Shown piece after piece: positions 39,131-50,619 of a stretch of DNA of 64,000 nt. This DNA is from Torpedo marmorata. Lineage: Eukaryota. The stretch lies in the NCBI GenBank assembly GCA_977017645.1, contig OZ360220.1, forward strand, positions 277,388,001 through 277,452,000. The letters run 5' to 3'. A program made the translations under genes and the position numbers. The notes under the pieces were generated by a model. It was not told the DNA's origin, searched no databases, and worked only from the letters and a program-made list of their open reading frames with translations. Every line of letters starts with the position of its first letter. Within the stretch, counting starts at the first letter, position 1.

Positions 39131-39643
39131 TTTATTTATTTGTTTAATTCTGATTTTAATTCTTGGAGAACATAGTTGACGACATAAATCGCACTCGTTA
39201 TATGAAGCAAAAGGTCATATAAAAATTAGTATAGAATCACAGAAAACCTGGTTTGGAACCAGAAAAAAAATACAAAACAGATATAGATACACAGACACAG
39301 GACAAATTTATAATTATTTGGAAAATGTTATTTTCCCCCTAATTTCTGATTTGTTTTAAAATGCGCATACGATGTTTTTTTAATTTTACAAAAAAGAAAA
39401 TAAAGACTAATATTTTACAAAATGATAAACAATGCTTGTGGTAAGTGTGGCTCTACATATGATGCAGTTCAGTTCCTTTTCACAGAATAAATCCCACAGT
39501 CAACAGCTTGGCCTCTTGGAAGGTCCTTTTATTTTCACAGATAGCATCCTATAGGAACTTTCAAGTCCATGAATAGAGAGGGAGTTTCGCCTAAAATGCT
39601 TTTGTTTTTTTTGTTTTGTTTGGGGAGGGGTGTCCTTCTCTCA
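39131..39643 (-). other. NR2F1: NR2F1 3'UTR to first AATAAA cluster (may extend to AATAAA near 38750)
   Basis: Follows the stop codon; overlapping AATAAA on minus at 39131-39140; contains blocks (CATCGTATGCGCAT, AATAACATTTTCCAAATAATTATAAA, CTGGTTCCAAACCAG) that I recall from the mammalian NR2F1 3'UTR. Confidence 0.7.
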
Positions 39644-39976
<333 letters not shown>

Positions 39977-40046
39977 TTAATCCTGGTTTATTGTTTTGAT
40001 ATCAATCCATAACCCCCCCCTCTCTCTCTCACCACCCAACCCCTCC

Positions 40047-40048
<2 letters not shown>

Positions 40049-40093
<45 letters not shown>
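40049..40093. repeat. (AC)n microsatellite in NR2F1 intron 2
   Basis: Direct reading. Confidence 0.95.
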
Positions 40094-40094
<1 letters not shown>

Positions 40095-41478
40095 CAAGCT
40101 GCTGGTGGAAAAGATATCTGATAACATGAACATTTTTTGTTGCAAATATTTCGGTCCGATGGCAATAAACAATAGTAGAAATATTGGGTTATAGATAACA
40201 AAGGCACTCTTAAATAATAAGTAGAGATGTACGCCATTTCCTGCAGAGAAAGGAGCCGGAGACAGAACAGTGTGTGATAGATACTGGTATGTGTCATTGT
40301 TTACAGCATGCGTTACACATACTTTCTGTGCATTCCACTGCAATGCAGTTTTTTCTTACTTCTATTGAGAACACAATGCAACCCAGTACTGAATTATATC
40401 AAAGAGTACAATAAAGAAGTCGTGTTATCCATGCATTCATCACTCACACAAAAAGGACAATCATAATATGGTGCTAAACCTTATGGCAGTTTGGTAGGGC
40501 AGCTATGCTAACGAAGTGTCTGCAGCACTTTCTAATTAATATAGAAATATAGTCCAATGAAGGCAAAGTTAATCCCAGTGACTGGAGGCTGGGGTTTTGA
40601 ACAAATGTTCTGCAAAATACATTTGGTGAATGAAAATAATCCAGTGTATCAGTGCACGATATTTGCTGAACCCTGTAGAATTTGGAACATTTTGCTGAAC
40701 AAAGGTTCAGACGGCAATGCTTTAATTTTGAACGATTTGAAAGCGCTCTAATTTGTTTGCTTAGAAACCACATTTTAGCATACGAATTAATAAAGTAAAA
40801 TAGGAAGTTTGGGTCACGACCCAACACTTGGAAAGCATCCGGAACGAGAGGTTGAAAATGCTCTTCAGAAATCTAAGGTATAAACACAACAATTCTTCTG
40901 TAGGCTTCAATAACTTTAAGCGGCCCTCACTTACAGGATATCGAGAAAGAAAAAAAAACCCTCTCGGTTATGCAAAAGCTCTTAGCTGTGGAGAACTTGG
41001 ACAGTTTTGAGAAAGGCTTCCTCTGAATTCCCCTCTGGCTAAAAATCAAAACAAGTTTGGTCAAAACTGGAAGGGTACTAGCAGTGGTGGTGGTGAGGCG
41101 GAGTGAAGTGCTGATGGTGTTGCGGATGTAAAGCATTGGAATAGATCTGTACAATTTATTTTTCCAGCAATAATCACATTGCCAATTATTTACCTCCTGT
41201 TTTGCTTTTTATCTTACTTTGTTCTATTTACCAATAGATCACAGAATGAAGTATAGCTTATGAAGGTTTTGGAGCTGTTGAAAGCACGGCTACTTGGTAA
41301 TATTTACTGATCAGTTTCCAATTTACATTAACTTAAATTATTTAGTAAAACACACTAGATAAAATAAATTATTTGTATAATACCTAACATATCATTGCAT
41401 AGATAAATAAGCGACAATCGTCTATCTCTTCTTGATCCTGCACTGTTATTGCACCGGATGAACACCATTATTGATTTA

Positions 41479-42183
<705 letters not shown>

Positions 42184-42785
42184 TCACAAATAATCACGAA
42201 TGCCCCATGCAAAATTTCAATATTCGACATGATAGAAATTAGACGTATAAAAGCAGTAAATACTAAACATAGCTTTACCCGTCGAAGCAGACCACATTAT
42301 GTCTGTTAAAGAAACCTCAAGCACATAACATTACAGAAAGAATGGCTGGATGGAAAAAAAACTCCCCCAAACTGTACCACCCACCCACGGTTACAATTGG
42401 AAAATTCTCCAAACATCTAATGCATGAATGCAAACGATTAACTTACAATTACAGGGGGGAAAAGACCGGTGCATTAACCATTTGAATCCACAAAAATATG
42501 CAGCCAGGCTTGTAATTGTTAAACTCGTAGCAACTTTGAAGCTGGGAGATTGGGGATGTTTTAAGATCAACTAAAGATGAAATATGTATATATTTTAAGA
42601 ATACCTATTGGTAACCAGCATCTTTATCAGAATCAATTGTATTTTACAATTCACTGGCTGGACTCAACTGCTTTAGAATCAGCAATTGCCAGAGCATTTG
42701 ATGGGACTGAACCAAAATCAGGCAATGGGAGATTTTAAGGTCTGATCTCACATATACAGAGATTATCAATACAATAAATATTCAC

Positions 42786-43233
42786 CTTCCCGTCGCATCC
42801 CAACTTTGAGGCATTTTTTCAGGCGACAGTATTGACACTGATTGCGGTGGTGTTGGTCTATAGGACAATTCCGGTTGGCACGACATGTGTACGTTAAGTT
42901 TCGCCGAACACTTCTCTTGAAGAAACTTTTGCAGCCCTCACATGTGAACTGGCCGTAGTGCTTTCCGCTGGATTTATCCCCACACACGACACACTCGATA
43001 TGCTGTTGCTGGCTGGGCTGCTGTTTCTCACTGCCCGGCTGGACGCTCTGGCTGCTGCCTCCGAGCGGAGTGGACGGCGGCCCCGGCTGGCCCGGGGTCT
43101 GCGGGGTGTGGGGAGCACCCGACGTCGCCTGCTGCCCCTGCTGCTGGCCCGGCTGCGCTTGTGCAGGCTGGCCGCCCTGAGCTCCGGCCACGTCGTCCTG
43201 AGGATCTCGCCAAGTACTAACTACCATTGCCAT
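42786..43233 (-). CDS. NR2F1: NR2F1 (COUP-TFI) coding exon 1: Q/P/G-rich N-terminus and C4 zinc-finger DNA-binding domain
   Basis: ATG at 43233 (GAGATATGG) gives [17 protein letters not shown]...[72 protein letters not shown]; ends at phase-1 donor GAAG|GTGAAT; 448 nt. Confidence 0.95.
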
Positions 43234-43352
43234 ATCTCGGGCCCAAAAAGTGCGGGAAAACAAGTTGATCGCGGATTTTTTTTTTTTTTTGTCCTGTTGG
43301 TAGGGAGCAGAGTTGGATGGTGGTAACAGAAATGAAGAGGGAGAGAGACAGG

Positions 43353-43410
<58 letters not shown>

Positions 43411-43955
43411 TACAACTGCGATCAAAGCAACTCACTCAGACCCACACACACACGGAGCAGTGAATGAATGAGTGTTGATCACCGAAGCAAATGGGCTCCA
43501 AAAAAAGAATTAAAAAAAGATCCCGATCAGGGTACGCAAGTGTCGGGAGGCCAGATCCAGGGCAACACGCAGTCAGCCATTCAGGAAAGGAATATAGGAG
43601 GGAACGAGGGGTTAAAGATGATAAGAGTTGGGGGTGGGGGGGGGGGGGGAAGGAAAAGAGACGATCACAATTCGAAGGGGACACACACAGGAAAAAAAAA
43701 AATAACCACGCGATCCGAAGTAAAGTATGGCGAGTGTTAAATCCCTTCTTCTCCGAAGATCTGAATTGTCAGAGAGAGAGAGAAAAAAACTCACCAGGAC
43801 AAAAAAAAGGACGACCGACGCTAAAACGCCCTATTTTCACCTCTCATGCGGAGTGGAGAGAGAAAGGGAGGAAAGAAAAAACAACTAATAGAATATGCAA
43901 GGGGGAGACAAAATGAATGCGTTTAAACGGGAAGACTAGCGGAGCAATTTTTCCG
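43234..43955 (-). other. NR2F1: Long NR2F1 5'UTR (TSS inferred ~25-30 nt downstream of TATA), with CU microsatellite, poly-C run and two uORFs
   Basis: Lies between TATATA (43981-43986) and the start codon; the TSS position is inference. Confidence 0.55.
43334..43410. repeat. (GA)n polypurine tract in the NR2F1 5'UTR (CU-rich in the mRNA)
   Basis: Direct reading. Confidence 0.95.
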
Positions 43956-43980
43956 AAAGGGGGATCTGCGCGAATGTCTG

Positions 43981-44170
43981 TATATAGTGAACTTTGACAC
44001 TACTATTGAAACTGACACGTTTCTATGGAGATCGCTGCCTTATATGGAGCTCATGTCAAGGAGCCAAGAGAGGGGCTGTTGGCAACTGATAATCAAAGGC
44101 GACTGGTCATAGCCCTGAATTGGGGCTGGGGAGGCTAAGGTTAGCCAGCCTCCTGCTCACTATTGGTTAG
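43981..44170 (-). promoter_or_regulatory. NR2F1 core/proximal promoter: DR1 + TATA + CArG + TCF/GATA + CCAAT motifs
   Basis: Minus strand GTGTCA-A-AGTTCA (44000-43988), 1 nt, then TATATA (43986-43981); perfect CArG CCTTATATGG 44038-44047; TGATAA/ATCAAAG 44087-44098; CCAAT on minus at 44119-44123 and 44162-44166. Confidence 0.75.
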
Positions 44171-45443
44171 CCGTCTTATTTATTACCTACGACGCTCTGA
44201 CAAGCAAAATTTACATTAGATCTTCTGCACTGGTATTTACTTTGAGACCTTATTAGTATGGGTCGCTTGTGGTCACCACTAAAATGCAACACGAGGACCC
44301 CGTGCTTGTAATAATTCAAAGCAGCTAGCAGCCTCGAAATTTCAGATGATCAGAAAAGTTAGTTGACAATCAAACTTTTCTTTTTGTATTTTGAAGGACT
44401 ATTGTTTGAAAATAAATAAATAAAACGGGCACCAATCCTGTCTTTTGTGTCAAGCAGGAAAAATAAAACATTCTTCCTGTCTGTTGTAATTAATTCGGTG
44501 AGCGACCTTTTTATATATTTCATTTTTATTCTGTTTTGAATTGTGCTTTGAGGCCGCGCTGCAATGCCGGAGAGATTTCAATTGTGATTTGCAGAAGAAG
44601 AAAAGTTGCCATTGTCTTGAAGACTGGAGAGCTGTGCTTCTAACTGTAGGATAAGTCCAGCAGAAAGTGCGGAGGCTGTTAACGTGCCTTGTATTTGACG
44701 TAAATTAAATCTCAGAACAGCTGTATCCGGCTGCCATCTAGCGTACAGTAGACAATTTTCGAATATAATACACACACCCAGCCGGTTAATCCACCAGATG
44801 GGCTTTTATTGAGGGATTTGTTTAATGCGAATAATTTATTGAATTTTAAAGTAAGTATTTTAAACTTTTAATCCAAATGTTATTAACCCTAATTTTTTTT
44901 TAGAATTAATCATTATATAAGAGGGAAAAAGAAGTCCCACATTCAAATAACCCTGATTATTATTTGTTTCTCATTGTTCCTTCCACCTTGCTCTGCTCTA
45001 CAAATGAAAGAAAGTGGGAATAACGTATGAAGTTTCATGATACATGTTTATTACCTATTTTCTGCAAACTTGACGTAAAAATATATATTTTCTTTAAGAG
45101 AAGCAAGTAGACCATCAGTGACAAACAGCGATTAGACGCACAATCCGCGCGTTTATCTAACGTTCCCTTTCTTTACTGCACTTTATTGACTGCAAAATAA
45201 AATGGGGAATCCTATAATCCCGCCATTTATATACCTTAAAATATTTCTTAACAGTTTTTTGCATCGTTTAACGAAGACACGCGCACTCAAAATTGACCAA
45301 CGAGTTTAATTTTAGTAAAATGAGGCCCATTCTTGCATTTTGCCCTGATTAAATACTACATACAATCATATTGCATCTCCAACCACCCCTTTTGTGAATG
45401 CATTGATGAAGCGCCGTTATTGACTATGCAACAGTGGACCTCG

Positions 45444-45483
45444 TCTCTCTCCCTCCCTCCCTCGCTCCCTCCCCCTCCCTCTC

Positions 45484-45518
<35 letters not shown>

Positions 45519-45528
45519 CCTCTTTCTC
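45444..45528. repeat. Polypyrimidine (CT)n tract upstream of NR2F1
   Basis: Direct reading. Confidence 0.9.
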
Positions 45529-46436
45529 GCTTGCTCAATAAAGTCTCAGCCATGGTTTATGATTAGCGAAAAGGTGAAACGAATAAGATTAGAGGGACAA
45601 AGAGAAAATTCTGTAAGTGTATCTTCAGGGGCTTCCTCCTCAGAATGGGGCAGAGTGGGCATTGGAAGGGAGACTCTCTCTTCTTGCAATTTGCTTGAAG
45701 AGTAAAGAGCTAAAAGTAGGCACCTGTAACCGGCGAGATCGAGAATCGTCAAAGCACGCCAGCAGGCAAGTAACAACTTTACTTTCATTGTGTCTATCGC
45801 ACTTTGATTTTAGCAATGCCGCTTAAAAGTAGGCTGGCGGAAGCATCACAAATCTTTTCAAGCGAGACTTAAAAATGATGCCGACTAAACATTACTTGTG
45901 TGTTACTTTGCCGGTTGATCCGAAGCAAATAATTACTACTGTATATCGCACAAGCCACACTGAGAGAATAAGGTTGAAACCGACGGAATACTTTCCCCAT
46001 GGTCGCAACATCGCTCTTCAATGCAATTCTGGTGCGTGTTTGCCAAAGCAAAAGTGACAGCGGCGATTTTATTAATGTTGGCCATGTTGTTTCCAACTGA
46101 TGTTAGGTTTACTATGTAGATAGACATTCGGGCTATGTACTTATAGCGCGATGGGGAAGAATTCCATCTCCTCGTGTCAGTTTATGTGATCCTGCGGGGG
46201 GAAAAAACGAAGGCGGCGTGGAAACCAAAGGCATGGCTAACTTGTGTGCCTCAGAAAGTAAGCTTCTCACCTGCTCTGTTTGTTGTTTGATCACCTAATG
46301 AAAAGATCGATCGGCCAATGTTTGGCTAAGTGATAGTGTCAACAGATAAAGGAACAGCAAAATGATCGACTGGCCCCGGTATACAGAGACACAATACATT
46401 CACAACTGCCACAAGAGCCCTCAATCTCTCTCAGTG

Positions 46437-46497
<61 letters not shown>
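46437..46497. repeat. (CT)n microsatellite
   Basis: Direct reading. Confidence 0.95.
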
Positions 46498-46498
<1 letters not shown>

Positions 46499-49400
46499 TG
46501 CCGTGTTTGTTGTCAGTGGGCAGTAGTCAGAAGAAAATGAAAAATTCCGTACCGTAAGTTAAAGAGAAATATTGGATGCATTCTTCGGTTCGTGTCGGAA
46601 AAAAAGTGGGGTTGCTGAGTGTGGGATGGCATGTTGTGCCGAAGGTGCAGTGTCGAGGTGCGTTGGGGGCAGGGAACCGTTTCAGGCAAGGGCAGATTTA
46701 GGCTGAACCGGTGTCATTGCGGCGTGGAGTCGGAACCTTTCAGGCGTTCTAATCTTCAGATATTTCGGTATTCATGGCAGCACAGGGAGTTAAGCTGCAC
46801 AAGTCAGCGAACGTTCAGCTGTATGACTTTGTTATTCTTGTACTTTTTTTTAGATTCTGAGGTTAAGAGCCGATTTTCAAGGTGCCCTAGAACCAAAAGA
46901 TTTTATTCAGTTCTCGTCTTGGAAAAAGAAGCAAACATATAATTTGTTACATTTCACGTCCATGAGGTTACCGATATTTAAGTAAAACCACTGACCGTCC
47001 TGCAAATTAATTTCCCCAGCTAAATAAGCAGTAACATGTCCTGCAGGTTTAAGAATGTACTCAAATGAACTTGAATTCAACTTGGTGAAGACTTCTTCAG
47101 ATAATTCCAAAAGTAACCTTATAAATGCGAAATCAAAACTAAGCGTGATAACAATGATATACTCCATCCAGACATAAGAATTTTCAGTGCAAAATTAATG
47201 CATTTCCCTTCAATTTTTCCAAGCAACCCACCCACCAAGAGCATCTGGTTCGTAGACATTTGTAGATCTTAGAGAAAAAAAAGGCTGGTCTTTTAGTTCG
47301 ATCTTCTCCCCCCAGTTAGGGCCGTTGACCTGTCCCATTACCCCAGATTTATTTTTTTTGCCGAGTTCCCGAGGGCAAAAAAAAAAGAAAGAGAATATTA
47401 ATTTTTCCAGTTGTATCCGAGTCAGCTGCGGTGCAAAACTTTTTTTTAATAAATGTCGTTTTCTTCCAGTTTCATTATACAAATGCAGCACGAACTGTGA
47501 TCGTTTGAAAGAAAACTTTGAATTGGGCGTCTGATTTTCACGTACGCCCGTAATCTAAAACCAGTTGAAATGCGCTGCCATCATGAAACATGAAATGCAC
47601 AAAGAGGCAACTCACTCAATGTCTTTCTGGTTCGTGCTGCATTTTATCTGTGCCGCACTCTCATAGTATTACACGTTCAAAGTTGCAGCTTCAGCCTGAA
47701 TGATGTCCCGGTTATAGTGAGATGGTTATGCCTCCAGATCGCACGGGACACTTATTTTTGGTAAATATCCAAGCATAAATACGATACGCTCACTTGATTA
47801 ATCATTTAAAACTGTTATATAGGTCCTGCAGCGAAACCTCGTTTTATTTATTCTGCAATAAATATGGTGAAGAAGTTATTGAAAGGATCCAGTTTAAAGG
47901 TTCACTTCAGTGGAGAACCGAGACGGGCTGAATCCCACAGAATTTGGGGCTTATTTTCTGTGCCCTCGTTTCTGCCCAGAAAGTTACGTTTTATACACAA
48001 CAGTGGATTCACAGACTCGGAAAAGTTTAGCTGTTTACATTAGCAATGCCGGGTATCTGGATATTTTTACTCAACTGTAAACAGGCATGGAGAACTTTTA
48101 GTTCACATCGTATGTGTGATAATAACAGCCAGATGTTTTAACCACATAAAATATACGCAATTTTTTCCTTAAAAAAGCAAGTTCTCCTTCTTTAAGTCTC
48201 TTGAAGCGTCAAAGAGAAGAGGAGGGGCCCTTTGTCCGAATTCATCCCTGGCTATTCTAGGGGCGAATTTGGTGTGAAAGGGACGAGAAGGTCACTTGAC
48301 ATCGCCTTTTATCTACTGGCGTTTTCTCCGTGGATCATCGGATCTGAATAGACACATCTAATCGCACTTAATGGAAACTTGGCGAGAAAGCGAAAACCCG
48401 CCTTCACCTGCATTTACCGTTAGAACCAGCTCAGCTAATTGCCTCGCTCTTTGCTTTAATATAATCTGAAAACAAATCGAAAGCCTTAGGAATTCTTGGA
48501 GGCTTTCTACTTGGCTTGTAATAAACCCCAAATCCTCTTTCATTGACATGTCTGAGGGTGCTCCAAGAGAGTAAGTTTTAATGAATGTGTTAAATTTATA
48601 TGATAACATCACAGCGGTCGAAAAATCAGTTCAGTGTTCCAAAACTTCTGCAAATACTTTGATGCTACGAACATCCTTGCATCGTTGGCAATGCACGCAC
48701 CGGTTTATATCAATAACTAAAGTAAAACAATTAATGTCCGAATCAGAATAGCGAATCATTCCATCAATTTTTTAAATCCTAAAGCGAGTTTATGAAACTA
48801 TTTGATTTTCTCTCACTGACACTAACAAAGTAGAAACACACTACCCAGACACCCCGAAATACAGAATCATGATTTCAGTGATGTTTGAATACATTAATAT
48901 CTGCACTTTGATGGAACTAAAAACCATGTAACAGACTTGACTTACAGGCACTAGGTGTGCAATTTGAATAGCGCATTTAATGACCAATTCTAATATTAAA
49001 CATGTCGAAACCGTCCATTTCGCTACCATTTAATACTGGTATAGGGTCACACAAAAGATAAAACAAAAACTATTTTTGAAAGGTTACACCTTTTAAAACT
49101 GGAACATGTGTGATGCTATGGATGTTAATTGTGTAAGCAAAAAAAAAAACCCGAAAGCAGCTGAAAGGCGAACAGCACCAGAAGACGTTTGAGTGATGCG
49201 AAGTGCAGAACTGATATCACTAAGTATTCCCAATATGGCCTCTAGATGCGACCTTAAAGTGCAGAGCAGATTAAATGAAACAAAATAAGTTTGAATCAAT
49301 CATAAAACTTTAAGCTTCCACTAATTGTCAATTGGATGTTTTTCAGATTGTTTCGGGAATGAAAATGCTTTCAGAACATAAGTAGTAGTTGATTTTTGAG

Positions 49401-50211
49401 GCGTACCAATTGCAAACAATAATGCTTAGATTACTTCTACAATTAGACGGTCGTTGGATCTTGTTGGAAGGACTGTCAGATACAGCAATGGGTAATTGCT
49501 TTATTGCTCACAAAACCCCATCTAGTTAGAACATATGTGCTAATTACGCTGGATGGGCGTATAAATAGACACCATAAATCTATTAGAACCAAAAAACAAC
49601 ATTGACTGTTTAAATTAAAGGCTCTTTTATAGTGAAGATACAATTCCCCTACAGATTCATCATCTCGCACCAATTGGTGCCCCGTGGAAATATGATCGCT
49701 TCCCAGATGGAATCAGTACACATGGTCAAACTTTCCCTCCATTCTTTTTTGCACGTAACTATTCGCCGAACTCCTGGATTGTCAGGAGTTAAGTGAATTC
49801 TGATGAGAGATGATTTCAGTGGTTCAAGTAAAAGTTCGCGAACGTTCACCTTAACATAGCAGTGGTTATCTTTAGGCCCCCAGTCTATATTCTGCTGACA
49901 TTGTATTTACTTTTGTGAAAGTCGTCAACCTTCCTGGGAATGAGGAATAGTTGGCCACGAGGTCTCATATAGCTTGATTTCCTTTTCTGGGCGCTCACTG
50001 TTTGATCTTCTTGTTTTTACACGTCTGTTTCACGTTTCTCCACCAAACTTCATATTCACAAATTGTACTTTCTGAAAAGCACCGTTTACACATCGGTTTA
50101 GCGGGTCACGAAGAGATGAAACTGAAGTGTATTATTTGTGGGGATAAAATAGAAAGAAGAGACTTGTACAGAGAAATCGCAGGGAGGTAGTGGATGGAAC
50201 CCTGTATTAAG

Positions 50212-50619
50212 TGCTTCAGTCTTTCGGGTTGTTGTGCTCCTGGCTTTGAGTAGAGTGGTTTCGGGTTTAACTCGAAGTGGTTTCAGTAAAACATTCGGAA
50301 TGACACTCCTATGCAGTGCCGATGGAGCGCTGCATTTTTGAGGTGTGCTTTCGGAAGGGCTTTGAACTGAATGTAATTTTCTCTCTTAGATAAAGCAAAA
50401 AATTAATGTAGCACTTCGCCGAAGAAGAGCCGGGAGGTATCCCTGCCATCAGACTACCGTTTATCCCTATCCAGCGTCAGTATCCAGAGGAAGTCTGCTT
50501 ACATTGTTGTTTGTGGGAGCATGCGGTGGCCTTTGCTTTCCCTTCATTACAGTAACCAGGCTTCAAAATTAACTAATTGGTAGGACGTCTCGAAACAGAA
50601 GTGAAATGCAAGTCGTTTT
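50212..50619 (+). mobile_element. Highly diverged DeuSINE (SacSINE1/AmnSINE1-like) relic
   Basis: Colinear matches to the recalled consensus: TGACACTCC..TGCAGT..GGAGCGCTGCA, CTTTCGGA, GAAGAAGAGC.GGGAG, TTTATCCCT, ACATTG.TGTTTGTGGGAGC, CATTACAGT..CTTCAAAA..ATTGG, GGACGTC, AAATGCAAGTC. Confidence 0.65.

Noticed and set aside
42360-42416. Minus-strand ATG TTT GGA in intron 1 resembling a recalled alternative NR2F1 N-terminus (MFG...)
   Set aside because: Similarity stops after three codons and no suitably placed donor follows
42958-43326. Antisense and alternate-frame ORFs over exons 1-2
   Set aside because: Expected shadows of GC-rich coding sequence; no recognisable protein
43234-43425. 64-aa N-terminal extension of the exon-1 ORF in the ORF track
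   Set aside because: Starts at TTG and translates a GA microsatellite (SLSLSL); the family-conserved start is MAMVV at 43233
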